This document shows positions 8,515-18,236 of a DNA stretch of 31,092 nt, in pieces (position 1 is the stretch's first letter; each line of letters starts with the position of its first letter). The notes under the pieces were generated by a model, which was not told the origin of the DNA, ran no database searches, and worked only from the letters and a program-made list of their open reading frames with translations. The translations under genes were made by a program, and so were the position numbers. The stretch covers positions 1 to 31,092 of the forward strand of contig JAHQXB010000026.1 of NCBI GenBank assembly GCA_029856435.1. Reading direction: 5' to 3'. Source of the stretch: Candidatus Jordarchaeia archaeon. Its GTDB lineage: Archaea > Asgardarchaeota > Jordiarchaeia > Jordiarchaeales > Jordiarchaeaceae.

Positions 8515-9213
8515 ATGGTTTCAATATGTGTTCCTATAGCGGCTGAAAATCCCAAAATATTACTGGAAAAGATTACTTCGACTACGAAAAAGGCCCCTGA
8601 TTTTATTGAGGTTAGAGTAGATTATCTTAAAGACCTGAATATTGACTTTTTAGAACTAGTATCTAAAACATCCATTCCACTAATATTGACCGTGAGGAAA
8701 AAGAGTGAAGGAGGTTTGTTTAAATTCGGAGAGAGAAAGAGGATTGAGATTTTAGAAAAATGTATCGAAGCTAAACCGAGATTTGTAGATTTAGAGTTAA
8801 GTACAAATAGATCTTCCTTAGGACGGCTGTTAAAAACTGCGGAGCATAATTCAGTGGGCGTCATTCTATCATTTCATTCATTTAAAAACACGCCTAAAAG
8901 GGAAAAACTGGTAGAGAAAATCCATCAAGCGGCCCAAATAGGAGTAGACCTGGTGAAAATCGTGACTTTCGCTAGGGAGATAAAAGATAATCTCACTACA
9001 CTTTCCCTCCCTCAAGTGGCCCATGATTTGGGAATCAAGATAATATCATTTTGTATGGGAGAAAAAGGTATAATCTCCAGGGTTTTATGTCCCTTCTTCG
9101 GCTCTTATCTAACTTACGCTTCACTAGAAACAAGTACTGCTCCAGGCCAAATAGATTTAGCCGTTATGAGAAAAATACACAAGATTTTGTATTCCCTTAT
9201 GAAGTTTAACTAG
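8515..9213 (+). CDS. aroD: 3-dehydroquinate dehydratase type I
   Basis: ICVPI, IEVRVD, LILTVRKKSEGG, SFHSF, VKIV and FCMGEKG..SR motifs, and GQID near the C-terminus. Start moved to ATG 8515 after a GGGTG SD. Confidence 0.95.
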   Translation: MVSICVPIAAENPKILLEKITSTTKKAPDFIEVRVDYLKDLNIDFLELVSKTSIPLILTVRKKSEGGLFKFGERKRIEILEKCIEAKPRFVDLELSTNRSSLGRLLKTAEHNSVGVILSFHSFKNTPKREKLVEKIHQAAQIGVDLVKIVTFAREIKDNLTTLSLPQVAHDLGIKIISFCMGEKGIISRVLCPFFGSYLTYASLETSTAPGQIDLAVMRKIHKILYSLMKFN

Positions 9214-9264
9214 CCAATGTTCTAAATGTTGCTAGATAAAAGGATAAAATTGGAGGCTCACAAG

Positions 9265-10116
9265 ATGTGGAGTGGCACCAAAGTTATCTGCGTGATTGGT
9301 GATCCTATCGATCACTCATTATCCCCAAGGATGCACAATGCTGCCTTCAAATACTTGGGCCTCAACTACGTATATGTTCCCTTTAGGGTTCTGAAAGCAG
9401 ATTTGAAATATGCTGTGAAAGGGATTAGAGCCCTGAACATAAGGGGATTTAATGTCACAATTCCGCATAAGGTTTCGATAATGAAGTTTCTAGATGAGGT
9501 TGACTCCACAGCTCTGAAAATAGGTTCAGTTAATACAGTGGTAAATGAGGATGGGAAACTTTTGGGATATAACACTGATGGCTTGGGTTTTTCAGAAGCT
9601 TTAAGGGAAGAGGGGATAAATCTTGAAGGTAAAAAAGTAGTGCTTATTGGGGCTGGAGGGGCTTCAAGAGCTGTCTCTTTTTACCTTGCTGGTGTGTGTT
9701 CAAAATTAACTATCTTGAACCGTACGAGAAGTAAGGCTGTAAAGCTTGCCGGAGAATTAACGGGCCTTGGTTGTAAAGTTTGTGGAAAAGGTTTAACAAC
9801 AAAATCCTTGGAGAAGGAGCTTGCTGACTGTGACTTGCTAGTTAACACGACTTCTGTGGGTATGTATCCTAATGTGGGCGAGTCGCCTGTCCCAAGAAAT
9901 TTCTTGCGCAAGGATTTGGTGGTTTTTGATATTGTTTACAATCCTTTAGAAACCTTGCTTTTAAGTTATGCCCGGGAAATCGGCGCAAAAGTTGTGGATG
10001 GAGTTGGGATGCTAGTCAATCAAGGTGCAATTGGTTTTAAAATGTGGACAGGAGTTGAAGCCCCTAAAGAAATTATGAAAAGAGAGGTAATTGATAGTTT
10101 GCTTGGAAGGGGTTAA
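9265..10116 (+). CDS. aroE: Shikimate dehydrogenase
   Basis: IGDPIDHSLSPRMHN, NVTIPHK, GSVNTV, GYNTDG, GAGGASRA, DIVYNPLET and GVGMLVNQG motifs. Likely start ATG 9265 after GGAGG. Confidence 0.97.
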   Translation: MWSGTKVICVIGDPIDHSLSPRMHNAAFKYLGLNYVYVPFRVLKADLKYAVKGIRALNIRGFNVTIPHKVSIMKFLDEVDSTALKIGSVNTVVNEDGKLLGYNTDGLGFSEALREEGINLEGKKVVLIGAGGASRAVSFYLAGVCSKLTILNRTRSKAVKLAGELTGLGCKVCGKGLTTKSLEKELADCDLLVNTTSVGMYPNVGESPVPRNFLRKDLVVFDIVYNPLETLLLSYAREIGAKVVDGVGMLVNQGAIGFKMWTGVEAPKEIMKREVIDSLLGRG

Positions 10117-10119
10117 AAA

Positions 10120-10980
10120 TTGAAAGGTAGAGCTATAGCTTTCGGAGCCGGAACAGTTGTAAATGCCATTGCCACTGGTTTTGGCGCTGCTTTTGGAATA
10201 GCTCTTTGGACAAAGGCAGAAGTGGATCTTTTGGATGAACCTGGATTTTTCGAGGGAAAAATTCTAAATGAGCCTTCCGAGAATACTAGGCTAATCTGTA
10301 CCACTGTTAAACATGTTTTGAATCACTTTAAACTGAGCCAGGAATATGGTGCTCAAGTGATTACTAATTCCATAATTCCCATCTCTAAGGGGCTTAAGAG
10401 TAGTAGTGTAGCTGCGAACGCGGTTGCCTTAGCCACTGTTGCAGCTCTGAAAGAAAACTTAGAAGACCTAGAAATCATTCGTATAGGCGTTGAGGCATCT
10501 CTAGAGTCGGGAGTAACTATTACGGGAGCTTTTGACGACGCTTGTGCATCATATTTTGGTGGGTATGTGGTCACAAATAATTTAAAGAGAGTATTGATTA
10601 GTAGACAGCAACTTAATGAAGATTTGGCAGTAATGATTCAGGTGCCATCTAGAAAGAGCCACAGAGAGGGTAACATTAAAAGAATGAAGTCCATTAAAAA
10701 CTATGTAGAACACGTTTTTAACCTCGCTCTGAATGGAGAATACAAAACTGCAATAACTCTAAACGGCCTGCTCTATTCCGCGGCCTTGGGTTACGACGCC
10801 GAAGCTACAGTCAGAGCCCTTGAAGCTGGAGCGGTTTCGGCGGGATTAACGGGAACTGGGCCCGCAACAATTGCGCTATGCCCTAGAGACGTTTGTGGCG
10901 ATATAGAAGCTTCTTGGAGAGATTTAGAAGGGAGAATTATTCGCACCGAATTTAATAACGAAAAGGCCAAAGTACTCTAG
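10120..10980 (+). CDS. aroK: Archaeal shikimate kinase (GHMP family)
   Basis: GTVVNAIATGFG, IPISKGLKSSS, ITGAFDDACASYFGG and GLTGTGPA motifs. Located inside the aro operon. Confidence 0.95.
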   Translation: MKGRAIAFGAGTVVNAIATGFGAAFGIALWTKAEVDLLDEPGFFEGKILNEPSENTRLICTTVKHVLNHFKLSQEYGAQVITNSIIPISKGLKSSSVAANAVALATVAALKENLEDLEIIRIGVEASLESGVTITGAFDDACASYFGGYVVTNNLKRVLISRQQLNEDLAVMIQVPSRKSHREGNIKRMKSIKNYVEHVFNLALNGEYKTAITLNGLLYSAALGYDAEATVRALEAGAVSAGLTGTGPATIALCPRDVCGDIEASWRDLEGRIIRTEFNNEKAKVL

Positions 10981-10993
10981 AGAGGTAATTTTA

Positions 10994-12292
10994 ATGAATC
11001 TAGTAGTTAATGGTGGAGGTAGTCTGAAAGGATCTGTTTCTGCCCCTCCCTCAAAAAGTTATACTCACAGGGCTTTTATTATATCAACTCTTGCTGAAGG
11101 GAGATCTGAAATTTTCGGGCCCTTAATTAGTAGAGACACTCTCGCATCAATAAGGGCTTGTGAAGCCTTGGGCGCGGTTATTGAGAGGAGAAGCGAAAAG
11201 GTGTGGTGCGTTTCGGGCTCCCCGTCACCCAAAACACCAGAGGATGTTATAAATGTTGATAATTCAGGAACCACAATTCGTATTATAACTGCTGTCTCCT
11301 CTTTAGCTCCAGGATTTACTGTACTCACAGGCGACTCCTCAATACGACAGAGACCAATGGGTCCACTTATTAAATCTTTGGGAGATTTGGGAGTGAGATG
11401 TTTTTCTACAAGGGGTGATGACAAACCTCCCATTGTGGTGGAGGGCGGAGGTATTAGAGGAGGAAAAACAAATATTCCTGGACATATCAGCTCCCAATTT
11501 ATCTCAGCATTACTTATTGCCTGTCCTTTGGCTAAAAACGAAACAAGAATAAGTTTTACCTCCGAACTAAAATCAGAGCCCTATCTTGAAATGACCATGG
11601 AGGTTCTAAGCCTTTTCAAGGGAAATATAAAATACTTACCGAATATGGGTGTGGTTATACCCCCAAAACAGACATACTCACCAGCCAGCGTTAGGATTCC
11701 GGGGGACTTCTCTTCGGCTGCATTTATTCTTTCAGCTGCGGCTATAACAGATTCCGATGTAAAAATCCATAATTTGGATATGAGTTCCCAGCAAGGCGAT
11801 AAGAAAATTGTTGATATACTTGTCAAAATGGGTGCTGAGGTCGAATTGGGAAAAAATTATGTTAGGGTAATTGGAGGTCATAAACTAAAGGGCATTTCTT
11901 TTGATTGCGGTAATAATCCTGATTTGCTGCCCATTCTTGCTGTTTTAGGGTCAGTTGCAGAGGGTAAAACTGATATCTTTAATGCACAGCATGTTCGTTA
12001 CAAGGAGAGCGACCGCGTGTCTGCCATGGCCAAAGAACTATCCAAAATGGGTATTCACATAGATGAAAAGATAGACGGTCTTACCATTCATGGTGGGAAA
12101 CTAAAGGGAGCTCGTGTTGAAACTTATAATGATCATAGAATACTTATGGCTCTTGCAGTTGCTGCTTTAGCAGCAGAAGGGGAAACTATTATTTCGGGGG
12201 TCGAGTCTGTGGATGTTTCTTATCCCTCCTTTATTGAGGATATGAATTCTCTAGGTGCAAATTTTAGAGGGACGAATAAAAATGACGGGTAA
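10994..12292 (+). CDS. aroA: 3-phosphoshikimate 1-carboxyvinyltransferase (EPSP synthase)
   Basis: PPSKSYTHRA, NSGTTIR, SSQFISALL, PGDFSSAAF, RYKESDR and DHRILM motifs. Confidence 0.98.
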   Translation: MNLVVNGGGSLKGSVSAPPSKSYTHRAFIISTLAEGRSEIFGPLISRDTLASIRACEALGAVIERRSEKVWCVSGSPSPKTPEDVINVDNSGTTIRIITAVSSLAPGFTVLTGDSSIRQRPMGPLIKSLGDLGVRCFSTRGDDKPPIVVEGGGIRGGKTNIPGHISSQFISALLIACPLAKNETRISFTSELKSEPYLEMTMEVLSLFKGNIKYLPNMGVVIPPKQTYSPASVRIPGDFSSAAFILSAAAITDSDVKIHNLDMSSQQGDKKIVDILVKMGAEVELGKNYVRVIGGHKLKGISFDCGNNPDLLPILAVLGSVAEGKTDIFNAQHVRYKESDRVSAMAKELSKMGIHIDEKIDGLTIHGGKLKGARVETYNDHRILMALAVAALAAEGETIISGVESVDVSYPSFIEDMNSLGANFRGTNKNDG

Positions 12293-13385
12293 CATTTTTG
12301 GTGAAAGGTTTGTTTTAGTGTCTTTTGGTGAAAGTCATGGGAGATGTGTGGGCGCCGTTATAGATGGATGTCCTGCGGGACTAATGCTTTCCGAGAAAGA
12401 TATACAAAGAGAGTTGGACAGACGAAAACCTGGACAAAGCGGGATAACCACCACTCGAAGCGAAGCCGACGAAGTTGAAATACTCTCAGGATTATTTGAG
12501 GGATATACAACAGGCGCCCCAATATGTATGGTTGTTTGGAACAAAGATGTAGATTCTACAAAATACGAAACTGTTAAGTATGAACCACGACCTGGGCATG
12601 CCGACTACACTGCGTTTGTAAGATATGGAGGTTTCAATGATCCCCGGGGCGGAGGAAGATTATCAGGGAGAACTACAATCTCTTACCTTATGGGAGGCGC
12701 CGTAGCTAAAAAATTGCTCCGCGAAACTCTTAATGTTGAAATTCTGGCGCACACCACTGAAATCGGAGGAGTAAAGGCTGAAAAAAGATCCTTAGATGAA
12801 ATAAGACAAGCTGACAATAACCCCGTGAGGTGTGCTGATCCAGAAGCGGCAAAGCAAATGATAGCACGCATAAATGAGGCGCAGAAGCAAAAAGATAGTG
12901 TGGGTGGGGCCGTTCAGTGCATAGCATTAAACGTTCCAGCGGGATTGGGCGATCCTGTTTTCAACACTCTTGAAGGCGACATAAGTAAGGCGCTCTATTC
13001 CATACCTGCGGTGAAAAGCGTTGAGTTTGGAAGCGGAGTGGATTCTGCTAGAATGACTGGTTCCCAGCACAACGATCACTTCGCTCTACGCGAGGGCAAA
13101 ATAATTACACTTTCAAACTATGCGGGAGGAATTCTGGGTGGAATAAGCAATGGAATGCCCATAACCTGTAGAGTTACCATAAAGCCCACACCATCAATCC
13201 GCAAAAAGCAACAAACAGTGAATCTGCTAAGTATGAAGGAAACTATAATAGAAGTCGAGGGAAGGCATGATCCCTGCATAGTGCCCAGAGCCGTTCCCGT
13301 TGTGGAAGCAATGGTTGCAATGGTTATTCTTGATCATGCAATTTCTGCCCACCTGATTCCAAGAGTTTTAGAGAAAAAGATGTGA
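12282..13385 (+). CDS. aroC: Chorismate synthase
   Basis: FGESHG, PRPGHAD, GGGRLSGR, GGILGGISNG and RHDPCIVPRA motifs. Likely start ATG 12282 overlapping the aroA end. Confidence 0.98.
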   Translation: MTGNIFGERFVLVSFGESHGRCVGAVIDGCPAGLMLSEKDIQRELDRRKPGQSGITTTRSEADEVEILSGLFEGYTTGAPICMVVWNKDVDSTKYETVKYEPRPGHADYTAFVRYGGFNDPRGGGRLSGRTTISYLMGGAVAKKLLRETLNVEILAHTTEIGGVKAEKRSLDEIRQADNNPVRCADPEAAKQMIARINEAQKQKDSVGGAVQCIALNVPAGLGDPVFNTLEGDISKALYSIPAVKSVEFGSGVDSARMTGSQHNDHFALREGKIITLSNYAGGILGGISNGMPITCRVTIKPTPSIRKKQQTVNLLSMKETIIEVEGRHDPCIVPRAVPVVEAMVAMVILDHAISAHLIPRVLEKKM

Positions 13386-13581
13386 AAGAATAAGTCACCT
13401 AAGTTCTAAAACCAAAAAGTACATATTTTATTCGTATTAGATGCGGCTAAAATAGTAATAGATTACCCATATTTATAGCGGAGATAACTCATAAAAGCTA
13501 CCAGAAGGTTTTAAACACTAACCGCTTCACAGGATAGTTAAGCCAGCAAATTGTTGTGAAAAATTTTCGAGGTAAAACACT

Positions 13582-13869
13582 TTGGAGGAACTTGAAGCTC
13601 TAAGGCTGAAAATCGTTGATGTTACGATTGAAATTTTGAAACTAGTAAAGGAACGCCTGGATCTAGCAAGAGAAGTAAAAAGAGTAAAGGCGTTAAAAGG
13701 GCTCCCCATAAAAGACGAATATGCTGAGAGGAGACTATTATACAAAGTGCGAGAGACCTGTGACGAGCTAAATATTTTTCCCGAACTCGGCGAAGAGTTA
13801 ACCCAACTGTTAATAAAATACTCAATAAAAATTCAGGAAGAGGAAAAACAACCAAGCAGTGGGGTATAG
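13582..13869 (+). CDS. Chorismate mutase (AroQ type)
   Basis: LEALRLKIVDVTIEILKLVKER...VKRVKALKGLPIKDEYAE pattern. GAGGT SD before TTG. Sits between aroC and tyrA. Confidence 0.9.
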   Translation: MEELEALRLKIVDVTIEILKLVKERLDLAREVKRVKALKGLPIKDEYAERRLLYKVRETCDELNIFPELGEELTQLLIKYSIKIQEEEKQPSSGV

Positions 13870-13901
13870 ACTGCAATCATATGTAATCAGGAGGGATAAA
13901 G

Positions 13902-14816
13902 GTGAAACCTTCTAGAGTTGCAATTGTGGGTGGATCTGGGCGTATGGGCTCATGGTTCTCTAAATACTTCAAAGATAAAAAGTACTCCGTAGTTCTGAGT
14001 GGCAGGAACCGCGAGAAACTAATCGCCACAGCAGAGAAGCTTGGAGTGGACTATGCAGAAAATAATGTGGATGCTGTAAAAAACGCGGATCTAGTAATGG
14101 TTTCTGTGCCTATTTCCAGTACAGTAAGCATTATAAAAGAGATAGCCCCCTTCCTAAATCCTAAAACAATACTCTTTGACATAGCTTCTGTTAAAGGGGA
14201 TATACCCAAAATTTTAGAGGAACAGAGCTTGAAGTATGGATTCAAAGCGGTTAGTGTTCACCCAATGTTTGGGCCGGGCGCTACAGGCTTAAAGGGTCAC
14301 ACCGTAGCTATCATACCAATTCTTGGCTCAGAGGATGCGGCCGCAAAACTGGAGCAATTGTTTAGTGGCGATGGTGCTCGGGTAGTAGTAACCGAGGGTA
14401 AAACTCACGATAGAATGATTAGTGTGGTACTTGGTTTACCTCACTTTTTGAATATATTATTTGGTGCGGCTCTATTAGAAGTTCCAGAAGCCATTTCTCA
14501 GATTAGAGAGTTCTCAGGAACAACATTCGAATTGCAGCTTCTTTTAACCGAATGCGTTTTTGGGGAGGATCCCACGCTGTACTCTGAAATACAAATGGGC
14601 AATAAAGATTTTGTGAACTTCCTAGAAAAGTTGGAAAAAGTGTTCAGCGAGTTAAAAAAAACAATTAAACAAAATAATAAGGCGGAATTCTTCAAAAACT
14701 TTCAAAAGGTAAGAGAAAAACTAGCTAAGGACATCAAATATGCAAGTGCCTATAATAACTTATATAAGATAATCAAAGTTTTGAAAACCAGCCGAGATTA
14801 TGTAATAGAAAATTAA
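13902..14816 (+). CDS. tyrA: Prephenate dehydrogenase
   Basis: GGSGRMG NAD-binding motif, DIASVK, VHPMFGP and HDRMISVVLGLPH motifs. Confidence 0.95.
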   Translation: MKPSRVAIVGGSGRMGSWFSKYFKDKKYSVVLSGRNREKLIATAEKLGVDYAENNVDAVKNADLVMVSVPISSTVSIIKEIAPFLNPKTILFDIASVKGDIPKILEEQSLKYGFKAVSVHPMFGPGATGLKGHTVAIIPILGSEDAAAKLEQLFSGDGARVVVTEGKTHDRMISVVLGLPHFLNILFGAALLEVPEAISQIREFSGTTFELQLLLTECVFGEDPTLYSEIQMGNKDFVNFLEKLEKVFSELKKTIKQNNKAEFFKNFQKVREKLAKDIKYASAYNNLYKIIKVLKTSRDYVIEN

Positions 14817-15122
14817 ATTGTCATACAGCCCGCAATAGAAGCGAAGCCAAAAATACAAGCATTCTTTTACTGACGCCCAAATTATAATTTTTCAAAAAGT
14901 CTTTGATATCTTATATAAAACACACGGAGAGTGTAATTTTTGGTCCTAAACACCTTTCAATCTATGCTGTTCACTCGATTTTGTAAAAATCCCACATGAG
15001 TTTTACATTTCAGAAAGATAAATACACCCTCCAGCGTTCCCAAATATAAATAAAGAATAGAAATATGTTCTTATAGTAAAATATGAAAATGTTTCTCATA
15101 GCAATAACCGGGGAATCCACTT

Positions 15123-15419
15123 CTATATTTTTCCATCTTTAATCAAATCCAGTGCCTTTTCGACTTTTTTGTTATACTTTAAAACCTTATTCTTAACCTC
15201 TTCTTTGCTGGGTGCTGCTACAATTTTTCCGGTTTCAGCATTTACTATTATTTCTCCCACGTCCCCAATGTATTTTCCAAGGGAGAAATGCTGATAGCCA
15301 AATACGGCTTTCCAGTATCCCTCATCTAAGGAGAGTTTGCGCAGCTTGAAAACGAGACCATAATTATCAACTATGTATGTTCCAATGATTTTCTTAACGT
15401 CGGATGCTTCAATGGGCAT
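15123..15419 (-). CDS. Small hypothetical protein with PepSY-like motif
   Basis: ATG 15419 follows a GGTGAT SD and gives 98 aa. EIIVNAETGKIV resembles the PepSY x-VDA-x-TG-x-I motif. No signal peptide. Confidence 0.7.
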   Translation of the reverse strand: MPIEASDVKKIIGTYIVDNYGLVFKLRKLSLDEGYWKAVFGYQHFSLGKYIGDVGEIIVNAETGKIVAAPSKEEVKNKVLKYNKKVEKALDLIKDGKI

Positions 15420-15756
15420 AATGATCACCGTCTTTCTGCAAATAATTAGCTTTGTCAATATTAAATTTGTTTTGTTGCAACCATTTTTCCTAATTTTTCT
15501 TCTAGGCTTGTGGGGGAATATCCTTTTTCCCAATTTTTCGGTGAGTGCCGGAGAGGAGATTATTTAGAATACTACTAAACAGTTTCTGGTAAAAATTGGC
15601 CTTGAAATTGTTCCATATTTTTACTATTTCGCAACAACTATGGCGAGCCTTTTTTTGTGTTATACTTGAATCATTCTAGAAAATGTTTGTTCCTTTTGAT
15701 ACATTATTTTAAAATATTTTTCTGGAAATATGTCTTCCTAGAAAGGTGAAAAGGGA

Positions 15757-15918
15757 ATGGTAGCAGTTTGTGAAACAATCACCAAAAAATCTTTATGCTA
15801 TTTCTGTAAGAGTGAAACAGACTACTATTGTGAAGACTGTGGGCGTCCTATATGTGGAGCTCATAGCACAACCTGTGAGTTTTGCGGCAGACATTTGTGT
15901 TTAAACTGTGATTCTTAG
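15757..15918 (+). CDS. 53-aa Cys/His-rich zinc-finger protein (B-box-like), absent from the ORF track
   Basis: MVAVCETITKKSLCYFCKSETDYYCEDCGRPICGAHSTTCEFCGRHLCLNCDS has five Cx2C/Cx2H pairs. AGGTGA SD at 15744-15749. Confidence 0.85.
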   Translation: MVAVCETITKKSLCYFCKSETDYYCEDCGRPICGAHSTTCEFCGRHLCLNCDS

Positions 15919-15955
15919 AAACTGGTACAATGCCTCCTAATAGGCAGCCATCCAA

Positions 15956-17959
15956 TTAAGTTAGATGTTTACTAACGTATACCATATTGTCTTCTACTTT
16001 TACCATTCCTGCTCTTTCAAGCCAAGCAAGATTGGCGCGTATCTGTACTGGAGCTATTCCCGTCGCTTTAATCAGGCTATCTACGCTGATTTTTTTGAGG
16101 CTTTCAATTATAAAGTATATTTTGAACCGAGGATCAAGTATCATGGCCTCCCTGTATTTCTCTAGTTGTTCTTCGCGAATCTTCTTTTCTCTTTCAAGTT
16201 CTTCCTTCATTTTTTCCATTTCTTTAGCTTTAGTCTCAAGCTCCTTAACTTTGGCTTCTATCTCATCCTTCCTAACAAATATTTGCTTCTGGATTATTTG
16301 CATCTCGTCTTTTAGTGATTTTATTTCTTCTTCCTTCAAGCGTAATTGGCTTTCCTTTTCTCTGATTAAAGCTGCGTTGCCCTCGATGTTACTTTTCAAG
16401 TTTTCGATTTCAGAGCGCAGTTTTGCAGCATCACTCTCAAGTTGCTCTAAGAGCTTTTGGGCATCTCTAAGCCTATCCTCCCTAAGTTCCAAGTCTTTGC
16501 GGCTATCCTCAATTAGGCTTTTTAGTCTTTCTACCTCTCTTTCTTTCAGTTTGAGCATATTCGCCCCTTCTGCTATGAAGGCGTCCCTTTCTTTGACCAT
16601 GCTCTCCAAGTTTTTGATTTGCTGGTTAAATTTGGACAGCTCAAGCTGTGCATCCTCTAATTTCTCCTCTAGCTCCGCTGCCCTCCCTCTTTCAGTTTCG
16701 AGTGTCATTTGAAGTCTTAATAGTTCCTTGCTTGTGGACTCCAATTCAAATCTTACTTTTTCCAACTCTTCCTTCTTTGCGATTAACTCCTTTTCTTTTT
16801 CTTGGAGTTCTCTACTCTTTGCCGCAAGCTGGACGTTAGTTACCTCTAGGGCTTTCTCCCTCTCTAAAAGATACTTAGTTCTCTCCTCCAGCGTCTTCTC
16901 TCTTTCTTTAAGTTGAATATTAAGTTCTTGTATTCGGGCTCTAGCTTCCTCCTCCTCCTTTTCCAGTTTTTTAGCCTCTAACTGTGCCCTTTCATACTTT
17001 TCTAATAGTTCCCCAGAGCGACTTTTTTCTTCCTCTAATAATTTCTGTAGATTATTGTATTCCTGTCGTGCGTTCTCAAGCTCTTTTTCAATTTTCTCTA
17101 GGATGACTCGTTTTTGGTCTAGTTCGCGGGTTTTTTCTTCTAATATTTTTTCTCTCTCTTTAAGTTTTTCGCTGGTTTCTTTGAAAATTTTCTCTCTTTC
17201 AAGGAGCTGCTTATTTAGCTCCTCAACTTTCTGTCTAACTTCTTTCTCTTTGCTTTCAAGTTTTTTAATTTCTTGCTCTGCATTTTCGAGCTTTTCAAGT
17301 AGTGTTCGGGACTTCAGTTTTTCCTCCTCGTATTTTTCTAAAGCTGCCTTCATTTGGAATTCTACAGAATCCAACTCCGCTCTTTTCTGTTCTAAGCTAC
17401 TCTTTACCTCTTCTAACTCCTTTCTCCTAATTTCCAGTTCTCTTTCTTTTTCCTCTAGTTCCTTCACCTTTTCTACCAAGGCTAGAGTGTTCTTTTTTAG
17501 GAGAGCTTCTCGCTCTGCGAGTTGCTCATCAAACTGTCTGATTGTTTCATTAACTTTTTCTCGCTCCCCTTTAAGAACATTAGAAAATTCTTTGGCGAAT
17601 TTGTTTATGGCTTCTCTAAAAACTTGCATTTCCCCCTCAATAGCGTTGGACAGGTTTTGTATGGCTTGTTCTCTCACCTCATCAACGACTTCTGACACCG
17701 TGTCAACAAAGGTATATTTTATTAGTTCAGAAGCAAATCTAATGTGAACCTTAGCAACTAAACGCTCACTCACCAAATCCTTCATATTAAGGATGTTCTC
17801 CTTTAAATTCTCCAAACTTCCTGAAATCGCAGCATCCAACCCAAGCTTTACATCATCTACTGCAGATTCTAGGTCACTAAGATTTTTGCGTAGCAAATCA
17901 GCGGAATAAAACTCCTCAGCCTTTGAGTCGACTGCTTCGGAACGATTTTCTTCTTGCAT
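15956..17959 (-). CDS. Long coiled-coil protein with C-terminal winged-helix-like domain
   Basis: E/K/L-rich heptads from about aa 130 to 605 with no Pro. C-terminal KIYFIIESLKKISVDSLIKATGIAPVQIRANLAWLERAGMVKVE fits a wHTH pattern. No Walker A motif. Confidence 0.85.
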   Translation of the reverse strand: MQEENRSEAVDSKAEEFYSADLLRKNLSDLESAVDDVKLGLDAAISGSLENLKENILNMKDLVSERLVAKVHIRFASELIKYTFVDTVSEVVDEVREQAIQNLSNAIEGEMQVFREAINKFAKEFSNVLKGEREKVNETIRQFDEQLAEREALLKKNTLALVEKVKELEEKERELEIRRKELEEVKSSLEQKRAELDSVEFQMKAALEKYEEEKLKSRTLLEKLENAEQEIKKLESKEKEVRQKVEELNKQLLEREKIFKETSEKLKEREKILEEKTRELDQKRVILEKIEKELENARQEYNNLQKLLEEEKSRSGELLEKYERAQLEAKKLEKEEEEARARIQELNIQLKEREKTLEERTKYLLEREKALEVTNVQLAAKSRELQEKEKELIAKKEELEKVRFELESTSKELLRLQMTLETERGRAAELEEKLEDAQLELSKFNQQIKNLESMVKERDAFIAEGANMLKLKEREVERLKSLIEDSRKDLELREDRLRDAQKLLEQLESDAAKLRSEIENLKSNIEGNAALIREKESQLRLKEEEIKSLKDEMQIIQKQIFVRKDEIEAKVKELETKAKEMEKMKEELEREKKIREEQLEKYREAMILDPRFKIYFIIESLKKISVDSLIKATGIAPVQIRANLAWLERAGMVKVEDNMVYVSKHLT

Positions 17960-18236
17960 CCCATTATCTCCTAGAAGTAGTGTTTATTATATAATAATTG
18001 GGTTTCTAGAACATTTAAAGTTTTATAAAAATTACATAGGCATCACATTTTAGGAGAACCATGAAAAACCCACTTATTCTGCTACCCTTAAGGCAGCGTA
18101 TTCGCCTCTGGAAAGGCATTCTTATTTTGAGATTTTCGCCTACTTTTGACAAAGAGCCTTTGCCTCTTGATGGTTAGACTAGTGGGTATGGGACTAACCA
18201 TCACAAACCTTAACACTAAGCGCAACACTAAGCACT

